A stretch of 63,825 nucleotides of DNA, counting the filler, from Intoshia linei (Eukaryota; Animalia; Orthonectida): NCBI GenBank assembly GCA_001642005.1. It is 10 parts of 10 records of this genome, joined end to end, with 100 filler letters (N's around TTAATTAATTAA, not from the genome) between each part and the next. Parts side by side here need not be neighbours in the genome. Positions count along the whole stretch, not along the records: positions 18,330 to 45,413 come from LWCA01000447.1; 9 more parts are not named here. One strand, written 5' to 3'. The position numbers and the translations under genes are program-made. Below are positions 26,401-40,678 of this stretch, one piece after another. A model generated the notes under the pieces. It did not search any database and was not told where the DNA came from. It worked only from the letters and a program-made list of their open reading frames with translations. Each line of letters opens with the position of its first letter. Position 1 is the first letter of the stretch.

Positions 26401-29266
26401 ATCTAAAGATTCGATATTATTGTTTTTAATTTTTTGGGATAATACAATTTAAATAATGTAAATAGCCATAATTTGAGAAATTAAATTGTTAATAAAATCC
26501 CAAAAAATTAAGCTAAAAACAAATTTAAAAAAATAAACTGTATAACTAAACATGCAGAAGAATATAATAAAGTCGGTACCACGTTTAAAGCTCAAACTCT
26601 AATTTCCGTTAAAATAAAGTTCAGTTTTAAGTTATCCATAATATTTTTAAAGTGATATTTAAAATGACAAACGCAACTCGAATAGTGTTAAATGTTTTTG
26701 ATTGCGAATTAGTTTTTCTATTATAAAAATACACACTTTTAGTGCTAATTGCCCATCAAATTCTAAAATTTTTGAAAAAATGTGACACCCTAATGTACAA
26801 TGTACATTATTATTTAGTATTACATGATTAGTTTCAGCATGTAGTTATTATATTAGAAAAATATGAAATTACTCACTCTTGGGTAAATACCCACAGGTTG
26901 AGAATCACTATTCTATACATTGTTTAATGCAGCGGTTGCAAAAATTTTTGTTTAAAAAAATCAGAACAAATTTCGAAAAAAATTGAATGTCTGTATATTC
27001 CGGATCATGTAAAAAACTGATATTCCTAGAATTTTAAGTCACTATTTTTATTCAGTTTTTGAGGTGAGTGTTTTCATATTTGTTAGTGTTTATTCTTATA
27101 CATCTGCATCTTCCTAGTCAACATCACATTTCAACAACAATAAGAACTGGAAGACATATTTAAAAAACAGAATTAGTTAGATTCTGAGAGACTAGAAAGG
27201 TTGAAAACTTATACTTTAATCAATGAAAATATACATACAAAATGTATATCATCATTGTTAATGAATAAATTAATAACTTTATAAAAAATTAAATAGTTAC
27301 TTGAAACCTGTGGAATCATATGACCATTATTATTTGACTGAGATTCACATGATAACAAAGGTAAATAAGGGTTATTTTGTGGTGCATACCAACTGTTTGC
27401 TCCCCAGTCTAAACATTTTATTATATTAATGTAATTGTATATATTACATGCACTCCTATTTCCAATAAAAGGGTTACTGACAGCGGCTGCTGCGGCTGCA
27501 GCCGCAGCATAGTTTGTACTAATACTTGAAATGTAGATTTTGTTGGTAGTTTCTGATGAAAGGTTTCGAAGAACACGGTTAATAGAAGAAACCTAAATAT
27601 AAATATAACCGGAAAATAATATTAGTTTAAAACTCTTAAGGGGTCAAAAAATGGGAAATTTAATTAATTTGTATATTCCTTGAAGTTGTTTATTGATAAA
27701 CCACACTTGACTCAATAAACTTAAGAGAGGGATATAAGCTATATTATTAATGTTTGTTGACTCTTTATACATGTAAGAAAAGTCAGCAGGTGGTCTAATT
27801 CAGCAAATTTGTCTGGACTAAATTTCTTTCTTCAATCTCACACAGTTTCAATGTAAAAGTTTTAATTCTAGCCTCAGGTGTTACTTTTATTGATGCATAT
27901 TTTTTAAATTATAATTATATAGTGTTACTTGAAATTTTAATCAAAAATTTGTATTTACAAATTTTAAATGAAAATATAATATATTTTTATTCGGATAACT
28001 GTCATTGGGGACAAAAAGAAAACGGATTAAGTTGTGAGAAGTCGGTTTGAGAATACCGTGTTGCGATTTTAAAAAAGAGTGTCAAAAAAATTACAGTCTC
28101 ACCTTTTGAACAAAACCATCAGGGCAAAAAACTTTTATTTATAACAGTACTCTGTACAAACGATTGGTTTGACAAAAAAATTTAAAAATTATGTCTTTAT
28201 TCTCAAGCGCTGCCAAAAAATTTGTTTTAGTCAATATTTTTAATTAGAAAACGCCGATAGTTATTTGTCATTTAAATATCCGTCCAATCGAAATTGAATT
28301 TATAACGCTTAAATGATTATATTGATAAATGCGGGAGAAATTGCATCTGCCTCTAGCTTTGCAAATAGCGGTGATTGACTTGAGTCAATCCGTTATATTG
28401 ATGTAACAGAGCTAAACTATAATTTATTGCAATCTTAACGTTTGTATAATTGTAGTGGCGAATGTAAATCCTAAAAATCTGATGTAAAGTGGGCCCACAT
28501 GGATAATCAAGTTTGATAGGTTCATGACTTATGAATTGAATAAAGATAAATTGAGTTATTGATACATCGAATCTGATATATTTAGATGTACAAATTGGTT
28601 ATTTGTCATTTATCGATTTAATTGTCAAATTAATCTTACGCTCGGTATATTATCTTCATTGCAGATCTTTTCGTTTAAAAGCCTATCTCGTATTTCCCAT
28701 GCAAAAATGGAAGGGCATTCACTTTTATAATTGGCAATTTTTTGAACAACTTCTTCTGTTGCAACGCGAGGTTTACTTCCACCTATTGCACGAGGTCTAA
28801 TAGATCCCGTTTCATAGTATCTTCCTAGAATTTTGCTTACACACCCATTCGAAACTTGTAAAATTCTTGAAATATCACATGGACGTGCTCCATTGTGTGC
28901 CAATTCTACTATTCGTTTTCGTGTTCTTTCCGGTAACGGGCGTCCTAAATTATGATGATAATATATTTAACAATTTACCATTGACAAACACCCCTCCCAG
29001 TTGGTTTATCCCACTGTGACCTAAAAATAAAAATTTAGAATTAGAATTAAAACTATAAATAAAAATCTAATAATAGACATGTCGTTATACTTACCTCGTC
29101 GTTGCCGTTTGTGGTTTTCAGTTGGCTCCTTTTCTGTTCCTTCAGATAAAGCTTTGGTTGCGTCAGACGTATATAGTATTTGCTTAGTTTGCTCGTTTTT
29201 CTTGTCAGAATTTTCGATGGAAGATTGTACTGAAAGACCAGAATCCTTTCCATTCATTTCTTGCAT
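23402..29266 (-). CDS. Pax6: Pax6 (paired domain + S50 homeodomain + PST region), about 11 exons
   Basis: [19 protein letters not shown]...[39 protein letters not shown]; [11 protein letters not shown]; [12 protein letters not shown]...[17 protein letters not shown]...[17 protein letters not shown]; YSCML in the C-terminal region. Start codon uncertain (an acceptor lies at about 29277). Confidence 0.97.
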
Positions 29267-31814
29267 CCACGTTTCTAAATAGAGTAATTAGATGACTCGA
29301 TTGATAGTTAACATTAATTGACTGAACCATGAAAATAAATTGTTCATAAAATTGGTCAAGTGAAAATAAAAACTAAAAAAATGATGCGTATTTCACAGTT
29401 GACTACCAAATTATATCTTGAACATGATTTATAATAATGTTCACTAATGAAGAGATATTGAGGTATAAATAATAATATCACTTTGTTTATTTTGATTTTA
29501 TAATTTTGACGTTTGTATCAACTTATGCGAGTAAAATTTAAGAATTAAATTTTAGTCTTAATCACGCTTTTATCAATGCAAATGCAAATTGCCGAAAATT
29601 TGGAATAAATGAATTAGAAATGAAGAAGTATAAATTGGCCTATGCATCTAGCGTAAGAATACTATTTTTTGTGATCAACAGACTAGGTTAAATAATTTAA
29701 TTTATTTTAATTTGTTACTGAAGCGTAATAAATATAATAATGCAACCAATGAGGGTAAGTAATGTACTTGTTGCGTTATTTAAAAAATAGACCAAGAACT
29801 ATAGACCAATTATATTCTCTATGTCGTTTCTCTCTTATACGCAATGTTACATTGAATCTCAGCATGTGGCCTGAGAATAAATCGAAAATCGTCTAAAGTT
29901 GAATATATTGACACGCCTTACATATAATTTTCATTTTCCTTCTGATTACACCACGATGGATACAACTCAATCAAATTTATTGATTGGAAGAGGAATTAAT
30001 TTGGACAATTCATCATTAGAGTGAGTATCGCTTACATTCTTATCTTAAGATTTGCGGCATATACCACCGGATTTATTCAACCAGTTTAATTTTTAATCTA
30101 TGGAGCATTCAACTACTACAAAGATTTATCAGTGATTAGATAACGGAAACAATTGTTTACAAACATTGCAATCTCTAATTAAGAGATTATTGCAGATTTA
30201 AATGTGGACAAATAAAGACAGTAAGATTCTCCATTGAGTACTGAGATCTTTACTGGAAATATCATGGATTAAAATTTAAATATTATTATTATATTAATTT
30301 TAAAACTTACGCAAATAATTTTGATACATTTTCTATTTTCGATATGGATTCCCTGCAAATGTACTTAATTGGAATTGTTTATTTATAGAATTTCACATGT
30401 TGCAATTCCGCATAATTTAAATATCACACATTTGTACATTGTCAACTTATCACTTATTGAATTACCCCGTCACTCAGGTTTATGCTTTATTGCTTAAAGA
30501 CACAAAACTTAGTATCTCCTATAATTGATTATGTAGTTTTCATTAAGGTATGACAAAGTGAAAACAAACAAAGAGTTTGACACATTTTGTATTCTTATCA
30601 AAGACTTTAATGTGTATTATTTATATTTCAATTTACACGCTAAAAATAATAAGTCGTTGTCGCCTGCAGCATCCAGAAGTGGGATTATAATTCAAAATTG
30701 TGTCGAATAGTGTCATAAATTGTTAAGTAATAAAAATATAACATTTTGATTTAATTTTAGTTTATTTCGTTAATTAACAAAATTTTAATTGTTTTATTCC
30801 CCATTGAATCAAGTCAAGTGTCAATTTTAAAAAAATGAAAATTTGGAATATCTTCATAAAAATATTTTCCAAACTCGTTAAATGACGAAATCGTAAAGAA
30901 ACGAAGCGGATTAATTTGTCTGACAGCTGAATTATCATTTGATTGTTGCAGATCAATCCAACCAAAAGTAAATTGAGATATCCAAATCAACGCAAATTAA
31001 ATTACATGAATTTGCTAATGTGTAATTGGAATCAATTTAATTAGGTTCTATATCGACTTTTTCATTTCATGAATATTCTTACCAACAATTTACAATATAG
31101 TGTTGGTCAATTTGTATGAAACTATTAATTAACGTGATAACAATTGAAAAAACCGAAAACTGGCGCTAGATTGGTATTTCATACACATTTTGCCAATAAT
31201 CTTCACCAAAGTTGTAATGGGTGATTTGTATTAAATAATTTAAAATTTACAATTTTCAAAGTTTGATAATGTAGATTGATTTTCAAATCTTTGTCCAGAA
31301 TCAGATATGGGGATTATATTTATCATATCAATCAACCACTTAATTCATAATGCACTATCAATTTCAGGTAAATATTGCGTGACATGTTTGCATTGCTATA
31401 TTCCCGTAAGGGATTTTTATCGTTTTTGATTATTTTCCTTATTGTTTTTTTATGACAAGTAGCAAATGCCAATCAATCTATTTTTTAAAATTACATGCAT
31501 TTATTGATATCCTAGATGTCTAATATAATTTGTGCAGTGTATTAATAGGGTCAAAAATTAAAAATTATCAAATATATTTTGTCAATATTTAACTTTTATA
31601 TAATAAAAAATAAAAAAAATAAAGAAAACTTATATTCATTTATATTTTTCATATACAATTCTGGTTAAGAGTATTATAGTATTATTTTGTTACAATTTTT
31701 AAGTTTATTGGGAATCATTAAATTATGTGATACAAATTTGTAATATTTTAATTATCACTTTATTAAATTAGTCAAGAATTGTAGAAAAATTTCCAATTTT
31801 TGATCAGTCTATGG

Positions 31815-32627
31815 TAGGATTTCTCAACCTTTTTTAAATTTAGCACCCCGGTTAGCCAGATCAATTATTTCCAGATCCCCTGCAAAAATAAAAAATGATA
31901 CCTTAAAATTCAACTTAAAAATCGTATTTTAATGAGATTTAAAAAAATCACCGTATCAAACATAATCAATAAATGAACATAGAAGCTGTATTTGATGAAA
32001 TTTAAATTATATTTCAATTAAACTAATATTTTTGTGGAATATATAAAAGCAACAAAACTATGTAATTAAAAAAATATTTTAATTTACATAATAAATTTAT
32101 GATGAATCATCACTGATAATATAATTAACGAGAGTTTTAGTTGTTGTATATCGTAAATAAGTTAATCATATCTGGTTTTGTGTGAGATAAACCAACTCTC
32201 ATATCGTGTGACAACTTATCTTCCCATCTATATCTACTTTTCGATTTTTGGTCATATCGTGATCTCTTAATGGAAAAATTCTCAATAAATATATTTTCAT
32301 TATTTGGATGTTTTTCTATTCGTTTTAACAGACAAGTTTTAAGATTGCAATTACACATTATAAAATGACAATTCATGTATTGAGCTCTATCATTCTTTCC
32401 ACTTTCTATAATCCCAGTAAACATATACTTTACGTATTCATTATTCCATTTGTAAATTTTTTGCATATATCAATTATATTGATTCAATATACACTTATTT
32501 AAGTGATAAAACACGTTTATTAAGATTTTTTATTAAAATTTTAAAAAATAAGAATAGTTTTTCCAGCACCCCGGAAATTAATTATAGCACCCCTAGGAGT
32601 GCTAATACCCCCGGTTAAGAAACCCTG
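31815..32627 (-). mobile_element. internally deleted hAT Buster/ZBED5-type element
   Basis: TIRs TAGGATTTCTCAACC / GGTTAAGAAACCCTG. The ORF fuses a BED-finger-like N-terminus (KWNNEYVKYMFT...C) to a C-terminal HDMRVGLSHTKPD. Confidence 0.8.
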
Positions 32628-33816
32628 GATTTACCTTATTTAAAATTATTATTTGATTTTCACCCTAATACTGAAAATTAATCATTATACCCTCCTCCTA
32701 ATTTTTACAATCAATTAATTTTTATATTAAAAAAATTACATATACATTACTACAGCATCAGTTTCTGTATCACTTTCTGATTTAAGTATTTAATAAATAA
32801 AATATAGATAATGTTTGCTTTTTAAGAAATGTATTTATTTTTCAACTAAAATTAAAACTTATATACAACATTCATAAATGCTAGAGCATTACTTAACCTA
32901 TTTTTTATTCACATAAGAAATTGCATCAGGGGTTCTGAATTTTTGTCATATTTGCTCCCACTTTTAACATGAGAATGTTCCCACCGTCCAATAATAAAAT
33001 AAAATTTTCTTAAGCATAATAATTTGACAAGTTTTTTTCGCTGTAAAGTTAATGTACCCATTATTTTTTATACAATTAAGTAATTCTGTTGTTAATAATT
33101 ATTATTAATTGAACAGATTGTAAACAATTTTCTTGGTTTATTTACTCTGTTAAAATAAATGTGAAAGTACTTATTAAATTAGTATGACATTGAACAAGTA
33201 TCGTGACAATTTTCTAACAAATGATTAATGTTTCCAATCTAACCAAGATAAAAGTTAAATATATTAATATTAAATATTTATACTATTGTGTTAATACTTT
33301 ATGATAATACCTAACTCAGGATGGTCCAAACACATGGCAAGTGGAAATGGGCTAAAAAATAAAATTTACAAATTTCGCGGGCCGCAACATTAAAAATATG
33401 TCAAAAGGCGGATATAAGACCAAAAAGTTAAAATTTGACAGATTAATCAGAAAATTACCACCAGTATAATGATATAAATATTACGCCAATTAAAAATATA
33501 AATTAAATTTTATAAAGTTATCACAATACAAAAGGTCGAAAAAGTAAGAAGTTGCGAATAATTAATACAAAAAGACAGAATTATTTCTAAAAGTTTTAAA
33601 TTAATGCTAGGTAATGTAATACTTATGATATTTATGTAAACACATTTTTTCAAACGCTGCACCCTGGCGCATTTGTCCGTCTCAGCAAAGTTTACTTGTT
33701 TTACTATTAACTAATAATTTATATCCAAATAATAATTTCAAAAATATATTATTGGAAATGAAAAGTTTTTTATAATGCATTTTGTCAATATTATAATTTT
33801 TTAATATCGTTTAGGG

Positions 33817-34099
33817 CAGTGTTTACCAACGTGGGCTATAAAACTTGTGAAATAATTTGAGCGTTTTTAGTTTACAGGAGGCGATTGAACAATTTAAGAA
33901 AATTATACTAAAATTATTTGTCATCGTATGGAACGAGGAAAAAGAAATTGACTGAAAAAATCAAATGAATCTCATTGAAAATTTTTTAAATAAAAGTTTA
34001 CCGTACTTTATAAAAAACTGATACATTTTAATAAGGAAACGTTGTTAAGAATATTTTTATCCAAAGGGGTGTTAGCTGAAAAAAGGTTGGAAAACACTG
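33817..34099. mobile_element. hAT MITE
   Basis: TIRs CAGTGTTTACCAAC / GTTGGAAAACACTG; flanks gtttaggg/atttaagg. Confidence 0.7.
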
Positions 34100-35575
34100 A
34101 TTTAAGGTAATTTAATTGTAAGATTTTTATGATACAAAAAGTTTTAAATGGGTATTCTTAATATATACACATTTACACATTTTTTCGACCGACTATTTTT
34201 CATTTCTCAAAGAAATTATCGAGAATACAGGCACAATTGTATTTGGTATATTGGTAATCCTTATGTTTAGAAAAAAGTTGATTATATTTTAATGGTACTT
34301 GTAAATAAATACTTAAACGGTACATGTAAGAAATATTTGATTTCAATTGGTGTATTCATTTTGAATCTGTTAATATAATATATTTCAGGATTAAATCAAA
34401 AGTTAAAGTACTACTTTAAAAGTAAACTTGATTAATTTACATTATTAAATAACAATAAAAACTACTAGGTCAGTTTTCATAAAATTAAATTGGCACTTAA
34501 TTTTTCGCATAAACGAACAATAATTATTTTGTGTGTATTCATTTTATTTAAAAAGCAGATATACCTTAATCAAAAGTATAATACATTATAGTATATGCAT
34601 CACTTTGCTTTTCATAAAAAATATAACTTTAACTTAACAAATTATTGCTAAACATCAAAGCTTTATTACAAAATTTTCGGTTAGTTGTATTAATGTTATT
34701 TGGCGTAAAACTATGCTATTGGCATAATCCGCCTACCCTTTTAACTATAAACACACTTCAATATAAAAATTCAATTCATTATTTTACCTAATTAGAAACA
34801 AATTTGACATTTTTAGATATTATTTTATGAATATAAATACGTAGCAATACTGTCCATTCAATAAGCATTAAATGTGTGAAATGTAGTCTATATATCAGGG
34901 TCCTCAACCATCTTTTCAGAAGGGCCACATTTTATCACTATAAAATTATTTAGAACCATAGCGGGTCACAATTTTTATTTTATTGTTAGATAATTTATGA
35001 TACAAAAATTTTAAAATTATTAACAACATTCGGCGGGTCACAAAATGGCTAACGAGCTACTAGTTGAGAATCACATGAGAGTTGAGAGATGAGAAATAAT
35101 ATGTATTTATTTTTAGTTTTGAAGGAATTGTTTATAAATTATATTATACGAACTGCAATCTTTAAAATTTTGGAAATAAGTTTTGATTTACGGAAATATT
35201 TATTTCAAAATTCACAATTGAAATTTTATTAACCGTACACTAAAATTTAGTGACTTAATCATTAAATAAATACGATGACAGTAACTTTTAACGTTAGAAA
35301 TTTAGTAAGTGATTTTTAACGATTAATATTAAATAACATCAACAACGTAAAACCTTAGTTTATGAGACTTACCGGTAAGTCCATTTATATTTAATTTTAC
35401 ACACCGTAGACAAGTTCATCATTTGGTTATTTAACGTTTTTAATTTTAAAATTAAAAAATACGAATGTTCAAATGAACAAAAATAACTTCTTTGATTAGA
35501 TATGTCTAGACCTGGTGTCACTAGGCTGGTGATAAAGTGTTATATTAAATAAATTTATTTTCATTTTATAGTAAA

Positions 35576-38500
35576 ATGAAAATTACTTCAGCAGGTAATG
35601 TGTAGTTAAACTATAGATAATTTAATTTATAAAGGTGGGTTGATTTCTTTGTTACAAGAAGAGAATAATTATTTAAAAGATTATGGAATAAAATGCTTAT
35701 CGAATATTGCCGATTCATTTTGGCCTGAAATTTCAGAATCATTGAATGTTATGTAGTTTATATCTTTGAACAAGCAACTTAATTAAATTTAGAGAAGATT
35801 TGGTAAAAGATAAAGACTTTGAAAATCGTCACGGTGCATCATTTTTAGCTTCGAAAATTTATTATAATTTGGGCATGTTTGAAAAATCTTTAGAGTATGC
35901 GTTAGAAGCGAAAGATTTGTTTAATATATCTGAAAAATCTGAATATACCATTACCATTATTTCCAAATGTATTGATGCTTACAAATCAAAAAGGACTGAA
36001 TTGTATCCAGATAAAAAAGAAGAGACGGCAAATGATATTCGAATTGAGAGGTTGATAGATAGTTTATTTGAGAGATGCTTTGCTCTTTGTCAGTACAATG
36101 AAGCTGTCGGAATGGCGTTGGAATTAAGACGACCTGATATGCTTCAGAAAACAATAGTCACTTCTGTAATTTTTTTAAAATAATTTTCAATTTTTTCTAG
36201 AAAGACAAAACACAACTCTGCATGTATATTTATGCATTGATTACTCAGAATTACACCTATATAAAAATAAGATCAGAAATATACGATATTATTTTAGAAT
36301 ATTTGGATACCACTAATGCCAAAGATGCAATTTTAAAAACCTATTGCAATTTAATTATGAAATATGAAACTAAAATATCCGACATGTTGATGGTTTATAC
36401 CAAAAATGTATGATAATATAATTTTTGGTTAATTTAATTTTAGCAATCTTTGAATAGATTAGGACTACAAGTTTGTTTTGAAATTCGACAGAATGGTTTT
36501 AGATCAGACAGTCAGAATATTTTTGACTTATATGAGGAGCAATGTTGTAAAGAGTTTGGCGACGAGGAAGTTTGGCTGAAAGATGAAAGAGGTAAACGTA
36601 ACATTTTGCAATTTTAATTTTTTTAGGAAAATTCTTTGAAAAAGTTAGATCTATTTTGGAAGGAGATAAATACGAAAAGTTGCGTTTAATGTTTACTGTT
36701 CAACACAACCAACGTGACCCTCAAATTGTAGCTGTTTTCAGAGATGGAATTAGAAATCAAATCGCTCATGTCGCTACCGTAATTGCAAATGGATACATGA
36801 ATTGTGCTACTACGTGTGACACTTTTATTAGAAACAATACTGACTGGCTTTTAAGGGCCCAAAAATGGGCTAAATTCACTGCTGTAGCTTCTATTGGAGT
36901 TATTCACAAAGGCCACGAAGATGGTGCAATGCAAATACTGAAAAAGTATTTACCAGATCCAACCAAAACAACCGATACGTTCTGTTCCGGTGGTGCTTTG
37001 TTTGCTTTAGGTCTAATTCATCGATCAAACAGTGAAAAAATTCAAAAGTATTTATTTGACGTTGTTCGAAGAACGAGTAATGCCGAAGTACGACATGGTG
37101 CTGCTCTAGGTTTGGGTCTTGTTGAAATGGGGTCATGTTGTAGTGATACGACAGAATCTCTTAAAATGTACCTCTACAATGACGATGCCATTGGTGGAGA
37201 AGCTTGTGCCATGGCAATTGGAATGATAAATGTAGGATGCGGTCGTAATTCAAATGTTAGGGAAATGATTTCTTATGCATCAGATACTCAACATGATAAA
37301 ATAATCAGAGGTATAGCTCTAGCTATACCGTTTTTTATGGTCGATGTTGGTGCGGAATGCGAGTCTGATGTTGAATTTTTACTGACTTGTCCTAAACCAG
37401 AATTGAGATGGTCTGCTTGTTTGACTCTGGCAGCTGCATATTTTGGTTCCGAATCTAGCGAAATTGCAAATAGGTTGATGGATGTTGCGGTGACAGACGT
37501 TGATGATGATGTTAGAAGACTTGCAACAGCATCCATTGGATTTATTTATTATGGAAATTTAAAATTTACAACAAATCTAGTTAGCAATTTATCAGATTGT
37601 TACAATAGTCATGTTAGAGCTGGTGTGGCTATGGCTATTGGTATTTCCGCTGCAGGCGTTATTGCAAAGGTTTTTTATTATATGTTTTAATATATACCAT
37701 TATAGGAACCCCTTTCTATAGTTGAAAGATTGAGCAATGACTCTGCACCATATGTAAGGCAGTCAGCTTTAATTGCAATGTCAATGATGATGATTCAACA
37801 TAACGAATCTACTTGTCCAAAATTGAATACTTTTCGAGATCATTTAATGAAAGTTATTCGAGACAGTCACGAAGAACCTATAGTTAAATTTGGAGCTATT
37901 ATGGCCTATGGAATTTTGGATGCGGGTAATTTATATTTTTATTTCAAGTGCACAGTATTCTCTCAAATTTGAGAAATAACAACATTATTTACCAGTTAAG
38001 TTTTAAAAATTAAATATGGATGTCAAAATTTCATTCATCCTTTTTCTAGTTCTTTTATAATTATCTATTTTATATTTTTTTTAAATTTTCATATGTATTT
38101 CAAATTCATTGTTGCTTCTAATTATTTATTTGTCCCTGTAATTGAAAATTATATGAAATTACAGTACTTTCAGAAAAAGTCGATCATATACAAGTTGAGA
38201 AGAGATAACATTATATTAAATTTTCCTTAAGTAGTCTGTAGAAGAACTTAGTATATTAAATATACCTCAGTAACTATTTAACCATGTTCAAATTACATTT
38301 TTTTTTTGTTAGTAAAAAAAATTTTTGAAATCTATGATCTAACTATGAAAATTATATGAGGCATTACTAATTATACTAATATAATATAATATTTTATTAC
38401 CCATAAAAATATCTTATGGTCTCCCAATTAGCTTTAGGGATGCCTTTGCCCTTTTTAGAGATATTTAGGTTAAATCCTTATTTAAACACTATTTATTGTA

Positions 38501-39476
38501 AATGTTTAAATATATTTAAAAAATGGTTTTGCATCCAAAATAATTGTAATACAAATATAAAAAAAGGATTTTAGATTTTTTTCAGTAATTCTTATGTGTC
38601 ACTATTTCAGTAACCATACGTCAATTCTCTTTCTAATTTTTACAATATGATTTTCTCAATTGACTTTTTCACAAAATAATAAAGTTAGCAAAAAAAATTT
38701 AAAATATTGTGCAGTGTCATTATAGATTATTACGAAATTATATATTGCAGGTGGTAGAAATATGAACATTGCATTAAGAACTCCAATGAATACCGTGGAT
38801 AAATCTGCTGTGGTCGGTATGCTTTCTTTTTTGCAGTATTGGTATTGGTTTCCTTTGGGTCACATGCTGTCGTTATGCTTTACACCTACATATGTTCATG
38901 TTCTGAATGACGATTTATTGGTAAAATTTAATCATTCTATATATTAAATTTTATATTACAGACTCCAAACATCAAATTTAATGTCAATGTTCGTCCTTCC
39001 CTCATGGCATATCCAATGCCTATTAAAATAAAGCAATCACATCCTAGAGAACGAGTGGATGTTCCTATATTAAGTGCTCTTATCCGACAAAAAAAGCGAG
39101 ATCGAACAGTTACTACTAGATATGTTAAAAATGTTCCGGTTTCTCATAAATCATCCAAAACGAACAAAGCTAAAATTGAAAAGCAACCTTCTTTTACAGA
39201 AGTTACAAACCCTGGTCGTATCTTGAGACAGTATTTACCACAGGTTCGCATGGTGACTACACGGTTTATGCCAATTAAAAGTGTAATATTTTTATAATTA
39301 TATATTCAGTTGTGTAGTTAAAATGTGGAGGGATAATAATGATGGAAGATGTACAACCAGAGACGCCTTTGGATATCAATATAAACAAGATGGACTCACT
39401 TAATTTGGAAAAAGAAGAAGCAGAAGCGGCTCCTCCAACAGAATTTGAGTGGACTGAAAATACAAAAACTGATTAA
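35576..39476 (+). CDS. PSMD1: 26S proteasome regulatory subunit Rpn2, multi-exon
   Basis: MKITSAGGLISLL...FWPEISES, ASKIYYNLG, WAKFTAVASIGVIHKGH, PC repeats, TQHDKIIRG, DVDDDVRR, GILDAGGRN, QYWYWFPL and C-terminal PPTEFEW. Confidence 0.97.
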
Positions 39477-40678
39477 AATAATCTTTTTATTTGGTTATGT
39501 ATAATGAAAAACCCAAAAATATTAAAATTAAACTTATTTTGAAAATTGATTCATAGGTCTCTTTCTATTGTATTTTTATTACTTTAAATTTAATATTGAG
39601 AACACCTATAATACTTTCCAATTTGTTTTATTTTTAATTAAGTGTAATTCCCATCATTATTTACCCTAATATTAAACTGAATTTGATATAAATTAATGAC
39701 ACAGAAATTCAATTCTATATAAGTAAAAGAGTGACTTCATAATTATAATAATTTATATCAATATACAGTATTTATAACATTTCCATTTAGATCAGTGGTT
39801 CCCAATTCAAATTGTGTACGGATCCCTATTTCTAAGTATTTATTTATTTTTTGTATACAAAGAAAACATGAAAAATAAAACATTTATTTTATGAAAAAAT
39901 TTTTTTCTCATTAGATTTGGTAAAATGGTGTTTTTCATAAAAATATTGAAAAAAGGTAATTTTTTATTTTGGATTAGGAAGTTGTTGCTCATATGTTTTT
40001 GTAAAATTGGATTTTTTAAAAGTCTATTTTTCCCTGAAGGTTCAAAGGGGCATTTTTTGTTAATATTGAGATTTTTAAAATAATAATGTAGCGGTCGTCT
40101 TGGCTTTGGGATAAATTAACAACATCTGGCGCCAGATGTATGCCATGGCAACTATGTAATAAATATTAAAAATTCTATAAAAATAAAAAAATGTTTCTAT
40201 ATTTTATTGGAATCTCACGGACTCAGACATATAGCTTTATATGTTTATTTATATTAAAGACAAGCACATGATAAACATATCCTGGTTTTTACCTTTAGTA
40301 CCGCCTAAAATGTCAATTTCCAATCAGCATAAAAGTTGATTTGGTTACGCTTCGAAAATTATTGACTATTTATTATTGTATTATTCACTTGAAATTTTTT
40401 GTTAACCAATACACATGTAGATTAAAATGTACCGATACAGAAAATAAAATGTAATCATTAACTACATGTAATACCATTTAAAGAATAGGTATTCATTTAC
40501 CATATAAAACACTTTTTCTCACACTAAATAAGCGGCACTCACTGTAAATTATAAATTTTTAATCCTTTCAACCCGTAACCGTTGCAGGGATTTAGTAAGG
40601 TTAACTATTTCGTCACCAATTTAATTAGTATAAGTATAAAACCAAATGAATTTAGATATTTATTGAAAATATTAACAA

